NCBI GenBank assembly: GCA_021781995.1
Contig: JAJXVT010000004.1
Location: forward strand, 1 to 63,449
Direction of reading: 5' to 3'
Length of the DNA: 63,449 nucleotides
Source of the DNA: a bacterium
GTDB taxonomy: Bacteria > Chlamydiota > Chlamydiia > Chlamydiales > SM23-39
Shown: one piece after another, positions 8,497 to 17,571 of the stretch
How the letters are laid out: every line of letters begins with the position of its first letter
Position numbering within the stretch: position 1 is the stretch's first letter
Made by a program: the position numbers and the translations under genes
The notes under the pieces: generated by a model
The model's input: the letters and a program-made list of their open reading frames with translations, nothing else
Told to the model about the DNA's origin: nothing
The model's database searches: none

Positions 8497-9418
8497 TACC
8501 ACGCAAGCTTCTCTTTTTCAATGGCTTCAAGATACAGCCCAATCTCAGGAATCTTTAGCGCGTCTAGCTGCGTTACCAATTGTTGCCATCGATACTACCT
8601 TAGAAATAGTCAAACGTCCGTTGGCTATCATCGAACATATCGCGCGCGCAGCACTTTCCCTCATTGCATATGTTGTGCGCATTCCACACCATTGCTCTAC
8701 CATAGAAAACTTACGTGCCCTCTGCAGACAACTTGCGTATTTACCCGCATCCCTTGCCATCCCCTTTCTCGCACCCGGATCTCTTTTTCGCGCCATCTAC
8801 TATCCGCAAAGCGCCATCCCTCTTGATTACCACCCCAAACACGATGAAGATTTATCAACTGGAAGTGACGATGACGTATCATCAAACTCCGGTATCAACG
8901 CGAGAAATGTATCGGACAGTCCATCACCCCTAATCCGCTCCGCATCAGCCCCCCAACTATTAGAGGCAAATGAAATCCATGCATACCCTGACATTACATT
9001 GGCAGATCACCGCCAAAAAAGACAAATCGTCCATTTCATGCAATTCATCGATAACCCACCTTTGCTTTATCTTTCAAAAAAACAAGAATACACAGAGATT
9101 TTTCAAAACCTGCACCCCTTAGCCTTTCTCATTGAAATTCACACTAACCCTTCGAAAGTCCAAGGGAAAACTGCCAGCACGTATCTACGACAGGCTTTGC
9201 ATACCTCCATTTTAGGCAAGTATTGGAAGCGGACACTGTTTATCGAAGATAAAAAATATTCCCAAGCATTAAATCGGTATGCAACCAATGGGCAATTCAC
9301 TAACGAATGCATTGCTTGGTTTACTCATTCTGTACAACTACCGGAACATGCATTAGACAATTATTTTACACAGCGCGATTGGGAAGGATTGCTTATACAT
9401 CTCTTTCCTGCACCATGA
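8471..9418 (+). CDS. Hypothetical protein (start uncertain: ATG at 8465, 8471 or 8489)
   Basis: Intact 316-326 codon ORF that overlaps the rsmE stop and is the last gene of the cdaA operon. It has an acidic/Ser-rich linker (DEDLSTGSDDDVSSNSG). I recognise no family motif. Confidence 0.5.
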   Translation: MSLVLTMSNTTQASLFQWLQDTAQSQESLARLAALPIVAIDTTLEIVKRPLAIIEHIARAALSLIAYVVRIPHHCSTIENLRALCRQLAYLPASLAIPFLAPGSLFRAIYYPQSAIPLDYHPKHDEDLSTGSDDDVSSNSGINARNVSDSPSPLIRSASAPQLLEANEIHAYPDITLADHRQKRQIVHFMQFIDNPPLLYLSKKQEYTEIFQNLHPLAFLIEIHTNPSKVQGKTASTYLRQALHTSILGKYWKRTLFIEDKKYSQALNRYATNGQFTNECIAWFTHSVQLPEHALDNYFTQRDWEGLLIHLFPAP

Positions 9419-9420
9419 CA

Positions 9421-9459
9421 TACTCGTTCCGTTTGGGTGTTTTTCAAACGGAACGAGTA
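9421..9459. terminator. Hairpin between convergent genes (hypothetical gene / pyk)
   Basis: Perfect 14-bp stem TACTCGTTCCGTTT (9421..9434) / AAACGGAACGAGTA (9446..9459) with an 11-nt loop. No flanking T-tract. Confidence 0.55.
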
Positions 9460-9464
9460 TAGAA

Positions 9465-11213
9465 TCACTTCCGATATACTAAACCACGCTGAGGATCTAA
9501 AGTAACCTCTTCGCCTTCTTGCAATAAAGACATGGCGCCATCAGCCCTTGAAATCACAGAAATTTCAAGGGTTTTTGCCACAAGCGCTGCATATTTTTCA
9601 GAAGAGACATCTCCCAAATGATTTTGTAAAATCACACCAGAGGCGTGTTTGAGTAATGGTAAAAATGCATTATCGCAATGCAATAAAACCACAATGCGCC
9701 CCTGAAATTCTTGAGGATCTCTTCCTTCAGGAGATAAAACCATCGAGACCTTGCCCGACACTTTGGCTCCAAATCCTTTGTGCCCCCGCACTAAAACAGC
9801 TCCAATGCTTTCAATTGTCATCATATTTGTCGATCCCTTCTTACCAAAAGGAACGCCAGCTGTGACGATCACTAAATCTCCAAAAGAAATAATTCCCTGA
9901 TCCATAGCCAAAGCGCTAGCTTCGGAAAGAGCCTCTTTTACATTGCTGCATTTTTTCAATAAGATTGGAATTACCCCCCAATTGAGGGCCAATTGCTGAT
10001 ATACCGCCTCGCTAAAAGTCACTGCAATGATCGGCATAGAAGGGCGCAATCGCGATATAAAACGGGCTGTACTACCGCTTGCCGTAAAAGCAAAAATCGC
10101 CTTTGCATTGGCGCCGTAAGCTGTTTTTACAGCTGCTAATGCAATTGCTGATGGCGTATCGTGATAATCTCTTCGTGAATGTTCGTCAAAAAACTGATGA
10201 TAGTTAAAATCATTTTCTGCTTCTTTAGCGATGCTTTGCATGCGAGATATAGTCTCTACTGGATAACGGCCAACGGCAGTTTCCCCCGAGAGCATAATGC
10301 AAGAGGTAGAATCATAAATAGCGTTGGCCACATCAGAAGCCTCAGCACGTGTCGGACGAGGATTGGAAATCATCGACTCGAGCATTTGCGTTGCCGTAAT
10401 CGAAGGTTTACACGCCTGAAAGCATTTGCGAATCATCATTTTTTGCAAGCGAGGCACTTTTGCCAAATCAATTTCAACCCCAAGATCGCCGCGCGCGATC
10501 ATAATCCCGTCGGCCACTTGAATGATGCTGTCAAAATTTTCAACACCTTCAGTGCTTTCAATTTTCGCAATCACTTGGATATGAGGTTTTCCTTCTTTCG
10601 CCAAAATTTCTTTGATAGTCAGCACATGATGTGAAGAGCGAATGAAGGAAGCTGCCACATAATCGACATCGTGAGTACAGCCAAATTTCAAGTCATTGAT
10701 ATCGCGTGGCGTCAATGCGGGGATAGGCAAATGAACACCCGGGATATTCATTTTTTTGCTCGTCTTTAAAACTCCTTTATTCAAGATCTGCACAATAGCA
10801 TAATCTAAGCCAACTTCACTCACTTGCGCCGTGATATAACCATCGTCAAATAACACCTTAGTGCCAACGGACAAACAGCTTAAAACTTCCGGTGGATCGA
10901 CAGTGATAGTTTGCTCTCCATCGCCCTGCGCCTGAAGACGCAAAAATTGTCCGGCTGAAAGTTCCTTCGCATCATTTTTGATTTTGCCAACTCGAATTTC
11001 AGGTCCCTGCGTATCGAGCATAATAGCTACAGGCCGTTCTGTTTTTTTTCGAGCTTGTTTTAGAAGTTCGATGTTGTGTTGGTGAGTTTCTAACGAACCA
11101 TGACTGAAGTTTAAGCGAGCGACGCTCATCCCCGCTTCTATCATCGCAATCATCGTATTTAAATCTGATGTTGCAGGGCCAATGGTGCAGATAATTTTAG
11201 TTTTTGTGGACAT
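9465..11213 (-). CDS. pyk: Pyruvate kinase with C-terminal PEP-utilizer (mobile) domain
   Basis: KIICTIGPA, NFSHG, MLDTQGPEIR, KIESTEGV, MIARGDLGVEI, ATQMLESM. Extra ~95-aa C-terminus VSGKVSMV...GRIVVL...ASGVILQNHLGDVSSEKYAALVAKTLEISVIS, as in Bacillus-type PK. Confidence 0.95.
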   Translation of the reverse strand: MSTKTKIICTIGPATSDLNTMIAMIEAGMSVARLNFSHGSLETHQHNIELLKQARKKTERPVAIMLDTQGPEIRVGKIKNDAKELSAGQFLRLQAQGDGEQTITVDPPEVLSCLSVGTKVLFDDGYITAQVSEVGLDYAIVQILNKGVLKTSKKMNIPGVHLPIPALTPRDINDLKFGCTHDVDYVAASFIRSSHHVLTIKEILAKEGKPHIQVIAKIESTEGVENFDSIIQVADGIMIARGDLGVEIDLAKVPRLQKMMIRKCFQACKPSITATQMLESMISNPRPTRAEASDVANAIYDSTSCIMLSGETAVGRYPVETISRMQSIAKEAENDFNYHQFFDEHSRRDYHDTPSAIALAAVKTAYGANAKAIFAFTASGSTARFISRLRPSMPIIAVTFSEAVYQQLALNWGVIPILLKKCSNVKEALSEASALAMDQGIISFGDLVIVTAGVPFGKKGSTNMMTIESIGAVLVRGHKGFGAKVSGKVSMVLSPEGRDPQEFQGRIVVLLHCDNAFLPLLKHASGVILQNHLGDVSSEKYAALVAKTLEISVISRADGAMSLLQEGEEVTLDPQRGLVYRK

Positions 11214-11388
11214 AGCTCAATCGTAGCCGAAGCGGCTATATTGAGCCAATTGTAAAAATCACAAATCTCACTGCTTTCAAACAGAACGATGTATAGTCCA
11301 GTTCGGCTCTCGCCATCTGGTTTGCTACTCCGATAATCACAGCTCCCACACAGATTCAGCATTGTTTACAGCATCGAGTTCTTACCAA

Positions 11389-12291
11389 CTATTTTTTTTG
11401 AATCGCTGCACTATCGACAGCAAGTCCCATTGCATGCATCCCATTGTCTACGAAAAGGACGGTACCGGTAATAGCCGAAGCCAGCGGCGAGAGTAAAAAT
11501 GCAGCAGCCTGAGCGACTTCTTCAGCTTCGAGGTCCTTAGTTAATGGCGCGTTTGCTTTTGAGTAAGCGATCATATCATCGATCATGCCAATTGCTTTAG
11601 CAGCTCTACTGCGCAATGGACCTGCAGAAATCGCATTGACTCGAACATTCCATTTACGGCCCGCCTCCCAAGCCAACACTCGAGTATCGCTTTCAAGCGC
11701 CGCTTTTGCCGAACTCATCCCCCCGCCGTAGCCGGGAATCGCTCGCTCAGAGGCGATGTAAGTCAACGACAAAGTAGAGCCTTCGGGAGATAGAATGGGA
11801 CCGAAATGGGCTAACAAACTGATGAAAGAATAAGCCGAAGCGCTCATCGCAGAGAGATATCCCTGTCGAGATGTATCGAGCAAATTTTTCGTCACCTCAG
11901 GAGCATTAGCCAAACTATGCACTAAAATATCGATCTGGCCAAAATCAGCCGCCACCTGTTTTGCTACATCTGATACAGTGTATCCAGCCAAATCCACATA
12001 GCGCTTATTCTGACGCACCTCTAGCGGAACATCTTCCAATCTATCAAAAGCTGCATCAATAGGATAAATTTTAGCAAATTCCATCAACCGGCCATCGGAC
12101 AGCTTGCGCGCCTCATCAAATTTTCCGTTGGCCAAAGCTGTGGTAAAAATCTTCAAGATCGGCGCCCAGGTTCCCACGAGAACTTCAGCTCCCGCCTCAG
12201 CCAAAGCCTTGGCGATCGCCCATCCAAACCCATTGTCATCGCCAATACCGGCAATAAAAGCTCTCTTTCCGCGCAGATCAATTCCCAACAT
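11389..12291 (-). CDS. fabI: Enoyl-ACP reductase (NADH), plant/chlamydia-type FabI
   Basis: [67 protein letters not shown] sits 5-6 nt before ATG 12291; the track start 12303 is 4 codons upstream. Confidence 0.9.
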   Translation of the reverse strand: MLGIDLRGKRAFIAGIGDDNGFGWAIAKALAEAGAEVLVGTWAPILKIFTTALANGKFDEARKLSDGRLMEFAKIYPIDAAFDRLEDVPLEVRQNKRYVDLAGYTVSDVAKQVAADFGQIDILVHSLANAPEVTKNLLDTSRQGYLSAMSASAYSFISLLAHFGPILSPEGSTLSLTYIASERAIPGYGGGMSSAKAALESDTRVLAWEAGRKWNVRVNAISAGPLRSRAAKAIGMIDDMIAYSKANAPLTKDLEAEEVAQAAAFLLSPLASAITGTVLFVDNGMHAMGLAVDSAAIQKK

Positions 12292-12363
12292 AGCGTTCCT
12301 CATTTTTTTATGACTACAAAGATATCACACCTAAAAGCAAAGGAGAAAGTTTAAAATTTTTAC

Positions 12364-12392
12364 TTGTCAAACAATGCAAACCTAGGTTAAAT
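12364..12392 (+). promoter_or_regulatory. Sigma-70-like promoter candidate for parA-like gene
   Basis: TTGTCA, 17-nt spacer, TTAAAT. A strong SD (AAGAGGTG) lies 5 nt before ATG 12412. Confidence 0.35.
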
Positions 12393-12411
12393 CCATACTA
12401 AGAGGTGTAGC

Positions 12412-13206
12412 ATGAAAATCATTGCGGTCTTAAATCAAAAAGGTGGCTCCGGGAAAACGACGACATCGGTGAACCTGGCAGCAACTTTAGCTGAGGCTGG
12501 CAAACGAGTACTCCTCATTGATTTAGATCCGCAAGCGTCTGCTTCTTTATGGTATGGATTTAAAGAAAAAGGCAAAGGTCTTTACAATCTCTTAACCGAA
12601 GATGTCGGCTTTGAAACGGCGATTGAAAACACCTCAATTGAGCGGTTGTCAATGGTCCCTTCATCGCAAATATTAGCTGGCCTTGAAAAAACATTGGCTA
12701 ACGAGATGGCGGCTGAAAGCATCCTCAAAGACAAGCTGCACAAGATGACAGACAAGCCTTTTGATTACGTTTTAATCGATTGTCCCCCAACATTGGGGAT
12801 TCTCGCCCTCAATGCCTTAACAATGGCCCATGAAGTGCTCATTCCCGTCGAAGCTCATGTAATGGCCCTGCATGGACTAGTGCAGCTGCTCAAGACAGTC
12901 AATCTAGTTAAGCAAAGATTAAACCCTAATCTAGAAATTGCCGGCATTCTTCCCTGCCGCGTGGACATGCGAACGAAACATTCTCAAGAAGTTTTAGATC
13001 AATTGCGCACCCGTTTTGAGGGGCAAGTCTGCCGTTCTGTGATACGAGAAAACGTCCGTCTCGCTGAAGCGCCTCTGCATTTAAAGCCGATCACGCAGTA
13101 CGATGCCAATTGCAACGGAACGCACGATTATCGCACCCTAGCTCAAGAGATTTTGTCGCGCAACTCTACGCCTAGTACAGAAACGTCCGCTCATTTATCC
13201 GATTAA
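12412..13206 (+). CDS. parA: ParA/Soj-family partitioning ATPase (no adjacent parB)
   Basis: Deviant Walker A KGGSGKTT, LLIDLDPQASAS, DYVLIDCPP. Confidence 0.85.
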   Translation: MKIIAVLNQKGGSGKTTTSVNLAATLAEAGKRVLLIDLDPQASASLWYGFKEKGKGLYNLLTEDVGFETAIENTSIERLSMVPSSQILAGLEKTLANEMAAESILKDKLHKMTDKPFDYVLIDCPPTLGILALNALTMAHEVLIPVEAHVMALHGLVQLLKTVNLVKQRLNPNLEIAGILPCRVDMRTKHSQEVLDQLRTRFEGQVCRSVIRENVRLAEAPLHLKPITQYDANCNGTHDYRTLAQEILSRNSTPSTETSAHLSD

Positions 13207-13259
13207 CGATCATACTTTTCTTGCTATGAAAAGTGAGCTCTGGTAAAACTTGTGTCGAC

Positions 13260-14243
13260 ATGTCTGTAAATCATTGGACCTCGCTGCCTTCCCCTAATGA
13301 ATTAAAATCTTTATACCCAGTCCCTAATACCGATTTTGTTTTACATTGCCGCAATCAATGTAAACACATTTTAAACGCACAAGACCCGCGTATTGCACTC
13401 ATTATCGGCCCTTGCTCCATTCACAATATCGAAGGAGCTCTAGAGTATGCAAGACAACTCAAACAACTACAAGATCAGGTGCGCGATCGATATTTCCTCA
13501 TCATGCGGGTCTTTATCGAAAAACCGCGCTCGGCCGGTGGATGGAAAGGTCTAGCTTACGATCCTCACCTCAACGGCACAAATGATTTACAAGATGGCCT
13601 ACACATCACAAGATCGCTTCTCACAGAGCTCAACAGCATGTCTATCCCCTGCGCTACAGAGTTTCTCGACCCGCTTCTAGCTCCTTACATCTCCGATCTA
13701 ATCTGCTGGGGTATGATTGGAGCTCGCACCACAGCTTCGCAATTGCACCGTCAACTCGCCTCGGGGCTGGATTTCCCTATTGGTTTTAAAAATAGCATTT
13801 ACGGAGAACTCGACACAGCCGTTCGCGCGGTAACTGTCGCCAAAACAGGCCACACGCATTTTGCGCTCAATCAAGAGGGAAAAATCTCTGCAAAGTCCAC
13901 CACAGGAAATCCTTACGCCCACTTAGTTCTACGAGGATCTAACTCAGGACCTAACTGCGATCCGGATTCCATTGAATTAGCTCTTCAATTACTACACCAA
14001 GTACAATTACCCGGCCGAATCGCTATTGACTGCGCTCACGGAAACAGCGGAAAAAACATCATTCGCCAAGCGCTCATTTTTCAAGATATGCTCAAACAGA
14101 TTAAAAATGGCAATCAAGCTATAGCAGCTTTAATGCTCGAAAGTTATCTAGAAGCAGGCTGCCAATCCAATCCAATTGTGCCGCATTTATCGATCACGGA
14201 TCCTTGTTTATCATTTGCTGATACCGCTGCATTATTAATCTGA
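13260..14243 (+). CDS. aroG: 3-deoxy-7-phosphoheptulonate (DAHP) synthase, class I-alpha (AroG/F/H type; isozyme not assignable)
   Basis: [34 protein letters not shown], and a C-terminal [16 protein letters not shown] that resembles E. coli AroG SITDACIGWEDTDALL. Start is ATG 13260 or GTG 13233. Confidence 0.85.
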   Translation: MSVNHWTSLPSPNELKSLYPVPNTDFVLHCRNQCKHILNAQDPRIALIIGPCSIHNIEGALEYARQLKQLQDQVRDRYFLIMRVFIEKPRSAGGWKGLAYDPHLNGTNDLQDGLHITRSLLTELNSMSIPCATEFLDPLLAPYISDLICWGMIGARTTASQLHRQLASGLDFPIGFKNSIYGELDTAVRAVTVAKTGHTHFALNQEGKISAKSTTGNPYAHLVLRGSNSGPNCDPDSIELALQLLHQVQLPGRIAIDCAHGNSGKNIIRQALIFQDMLKQIKNGNQAIAALMLESYLEAGCQSNPIVPHLSITDPCLSFADTAALLI

Positions 14244-14665
14244 ATCAAACGAGTCCAAAAATGGTGTTTCCATACTTGAACTGTTTCACCGGATTGGTTT
14301 TTAACCTCTAAAAGATAGGTCAAAATTTTCTTATCACCATTGTGTTTTTCAGATGGAAAATAAAAAGTGGCAATATCGCGCTTTCTTTCTAAAGCTTGGG
14401 TAAAATATTGTTCCGTATTATCCCAGAATCTTACGGTTAAATGTAAATCAAGGCCTTCTGAAAAGACGCTTTTAGGAAAATCCCAACTAACTAAGAGCCT
14501 TTGTCCTTCAGGAGGATGAGCTTGCCTAGGATCCGGGGTATTGACTTTGGAACTGGCCAAAAATTCTCGATCGATCCATTCCTGCTGAACATAGAGATAA
14601 TTTTTGTAACATCCAACAGAAAAAAAGAGGCTAAAAAAAGCTATAAAAAGTATGCTCCTTGGCAT
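14144..14665 (-). CDS. Predicted lipoprotein, function unknown
   Basis: [19 protein letters not shown]: n-region, h-region and a lipobox Cys. The 3' 100 nt overlap the aroG 3' end on the opposite strand. The track start 14683 is 6 codons upstream. Confidence 0.6.
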   Translation of the reverse strand: MPRSILFIAFFSLFFSVGCYKNYLYVQQEWIDREFLASSKVNTPDPRQAHPPEGQRLLVSWDFPKSVFSEGLDLHLTVRFWDNTEQYFTQALERKRDIATFYFPSEKHNGDKKILTYLLEVKNQSGETVQVWKHHFWTRLIQINNAAVSANDKQGSVIDKCGTIGLDWQPASR

Positions 14666-15164
14666 GAAAAGCGTCGCTGGCATAGTCTTCTCTCCCGATC
14701 GATCTCAAATTGTACTCATCTTGCGCCGCGATGTCCCTGTGTGGGTGTTGCCAGGCGGTGGTATCGATCCGGGCGAAACGGCTGAAGATGCTGTTATCCG
14801 AGAGATTTTGGAAGAAACGGGGTTAACTGTCAAAATCGAATCTTTGGTAGGCCATTATTTTCCTATTAATCGACTCGCTAAAACAACGGCTGTGTTCGCC
14901 TGCTCTATCGAAGGCGGGAATCTTTCCTCAAGCAATGAAACCAAGGCTGCCGCCTTTTTTAAGTTGTCCGAACTGCCTTTAATGCCGCCTCCTTACTCAG
15001 AATGGATCTCAGACGCACTTTCCTCCGATCATCCGATATCGAAAAACCTCACGTCAGTGAATTACAGAACGCTTTGTAAGTATTTTTTACAACACCCTAT
15101 TTTGGTTGTAAGATTTTTACTCGCGCGCCTAAAAATTCCTATCAATTCAAAATCAAATCTCTAA
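14664..15164 (+). CDS. Nudix hydrolase
   Basis: Nudix box [24 protein letters not shown] (GX5EX7REUXEEXGU). Alternative start at 14652. Confidence 0.8.
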   Translation: MKSVAGIVFSPDRSQIVLILRRDVPVWVLPGGGIDPGETAEDAVIREILEETGLTVKIESLVGHYFPINRLAKTTAVFACSIEGGNLSSSNETKAAAFFKLSELPLMPPPYSEWISDALSSDHPISKNLTSVNYRTLCKYFLQHPILVVRFLLARLKIPINSKSNL

Positions 15165-16092
15165 TTTCTAGATCATTCAACCAATTTTCCCCGTTGATTC
15201 GACGCCATGCACAAAAAAAATCTGCCGTAAAATCTTCAACATTGTATATGCACTTTGAACAGAGTAATTTTACGATTAAACATAAAATATCTGACCCATT
15301 CGTTGATTGTTTTAATTTACTGCCCAACTCGGATTTTTCTAAATCCAATCGGATAGATTTTTCGCTGGCATTTTCAGAAAGTTTACTTCCAGTCATCCAC
15401 TTAAAAAACACTCGTCCCATCGCTTGCATATCAATAACACCATATTTTGAAAAATCGTTCGGTTTAGAAATCAACCTCGCCTGATGCAGTGGTCCAATGC
15501 GCAACCGTTCCTCTCTGACAAACAAATGATCCAAGGCCAAATCGCAAATTACAATTCGACGCCTATGTAAAGCTCTTACAATGACAGTCAATTGACACAT
15601 CCATGTCAATTGCCGCCCATAACCGGCATGTTGCAACATCAAGTCAAGCGCTTCTCCTGGTATTTCACGAAAAAAATACATATAATTTAACGATGTTTCG
15701 ATATGCACTGTTGAACAAACGCTCATCATATCTTCAACTAACTGCACGATCAGTCGATGGTGCAAAACAGCAGCTCCGTGCATCAATACATCCACGTTTA
15801 AACAATTTCCATACTGATTAACGGCCGTAGAACCGCACTCCGTGCCATTCAACACAAAGATTCGCGATGCTAATGTTTGAAAAAGATCTGTTGATGGCAA
15901 GCAAATCACTGTGTGATTTAACGTAACAATTTTTGACTTTTGACCAATTATTTTAGAAAACCAGCTATGTGAAAGCGAATATCGGCCCGCTTCTATCACC
16001 CAAGCTTTCTGATCATTTTTCTGAATTGCTAACGCTGTTTGCACTGATGCTTCAACAGACACAGTTCCTCTTATAAAACCTAAGGAAGTCAA
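15142..16092 (-). CDS. Protein-kinase-like fold protein, degenerate motifs (possible pseudokinase); TTG start 3 nt after the fumC stop, so the start is uncertain
   Basis: Catalytic-loop-like [18 protein letters not shown] (Asp kept, Asn replaced by His), DFG-like NDFSKYG, subdomain IX-like [15 protein letters not shown]. Confidence 0.55.
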   Translation of the reverse strand: MTSLGFIRGTVSVEASVQTALAIQKNDQKAWVIEAGRYSLSHSWFSKIIGQKSKIVTLNHTVICLPSTDLFQTLASRIFVLNGTECGSTAVNQYGNCLNVDVLMHGAAVLHHRLIVQLVEDMMSVCSTVHIETSLNYMYFFREIPGEALDLMLQHAGYGRQLTWMCQLTVIVRALHRRRIVICDLALDHLFVREERLRIGPLHQARLISKPNDFSKYGVIDMQAMGRVFFKWMTGSKLSENASEKSIRLDLEKSELGSKLKQSTNGSDILCLIVKLLCSKCIYNVEDFTADFFCAWRRINGENWLNDLEIRDLILN

Positions 16093-16095
16093 ACA

Positions 16096-17493
16096 CTAAC
16101 TAGTTTCAATATTTTTGACCATAGAGCTAGGATCTATAAGTGAATCAAATTGTTCAGAGCTCAATATTTTTAAAGACACGGCAGCCTCTTTTAAAGAAAG
16201 ATCTTCTTCGAAAGCCTTTTTTACAATTTTTGAAGCCGAATCATAACCAATAGCGCGGTTTAGAGCGGTTGCTAACATCAAAGAATGCGTTAGATCATGA
16301 TTGATTTTTTTACAATTTGGCTTTAATCCAACAAGGCATTTTGCGCAAAAACTTTGCATGGCATCAGATAAAAGATGAATGGATTGCAAAATGTTGAAAA
16401 TGATTAGCGGTTTAAATACGTTGAGCTCAAAATTACCTGAAGCGCCTGCAAAAGACACAGCGGCATCATTGCCAAGCACCTGAACTGCAACCATCGTCAT
16501 AGCTTCGCATTGCGTAGGATTGACCTTTCCAGGCATGATTGAAGAACCCGGTTCATTTGCAGGTAAAAACAATTCTGCAAGACCGGCCCTAGGACCTGAT
16601 GCCATCCAACGCACATCATTTGCAATTTTCATCAATGCACAGGCCAATCGTTTTAAAGCACCGGAAAACGAAACAAGCGCATCATGCGCTGCTAAGGCAG
16701 CGAAGTGGTTTTGCGAAAGCTCGAAAGGCATATTAGTGAAATGAGCCAGCTGTTCTACTGCCTTTTTACCAAACTGAGGATGTGCGTTCAAACCGGTTCC
16801 TACTGCAGTGGCTCCGAGCGGCAGTTCCGCTAAAGATGGAAGTTCTTTTTCAATTGCTTCTAATGCTTGTTCGATTTGGGTTGCATAGCCAGAAAATTCT
16901 TGTCCTAGCGTCAAAGGCGCAGCGTCCATAAGATGCGTCCGACCTACCTTAATAATATCGGAGAACTGAGTTGCTTTTTGTTTTAGTTCTTGTAAAAAAA
17001 AGTTAAGCGCAGGCAGTAATTTTTGCTTTACAAGCAAATAAGAAGCAATATGCATCGCAGCAGGGAAAACATCGTTAGACGATTGAGACATATTGATATC
17101 GTCATTGGGATGAACTGGCTTCTTAGAGCCAAGAGTTGTTTTCGCTTCTAGACAACACAAATTAGAAATGACTTCATTGACATTCATATTGGTTTGCGTG
17201 CCAGATCCAGTTTGCCAAACCGATAAAGGAAATTCAAAATCGCAGCTACCGTCCAAAATTCGATCACATGCAGATGCAATCCAAGTTTTTTTATCCTCGG
17301 GTAACGACCCCAATTCGCAATTGGCAAGAGCAGCTGCCTTCTTAATGAAAGCTAAAGCGTAGATCACTTCGCGTGGCATTTTTTCTGAGCCGATGGCAAA
17401 ATTTTCAAGCGAACGTTGAGCCTGAGCCCCCCACAACCGTTCGGCGGGAACCTTGATTTCACCTAGAGAATCTGTCTCTGTTCGCATTTTCAT
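16096..17493 (-). CDS. fumC: Fumarate hydratase class II
   Basis: GSSIMPGKVNPTQCEA signature, SQSSNDVFP, TGSGTQTNMNVNEV, VGRTHLMDA. Confidence 0.95.
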   Translation of the reverse strand: MKMRTETDSLGEIKVPAERLWGAQAQRSLENFAIGSEKMPREVIYALAFIKKAAALANCELGSLPEDKKTWIASACDRILDGSCDFEFPLSVWQTGSGTQTNMNVNEVISNLCCLEAKTTLGSKKPVHPNDDINMSQSSNDVFPAAMHIASYLLVKQKLLPALNFFLQELKQKATQFSDIIKVGRTHLMDAAPLTLGQEFSGYATQIEQALEAIEKELPSLAELPLGATAVGTGLNAHPQFGKKAVEQLAHFTNMPFELSQNHFAALAAHDALVSFSGALKRLACALMKIANDVRWMASGPRAGLAELFLPANEPGSSIMPGKVNPTQCEAMTMVAVQVLGNDAAVSFAGASGNFELNVFKPLIIFNILQSIHLLSDAMQSFCAKCLVGLKPNCKKINHDLTHSLMLATALNRAIGYDSASKIVKKAFEEDLSLKEAAVSLKILSSEQFDSLIDPSSMVKNIETS

Positions 17494-17571
17494 TACACTT
17501 CAAAAAAAAATAAAAGTATTTCGGTGTATATCACATTCATTGGCTGCTAGTCAATAAAACCAACAAATCGA

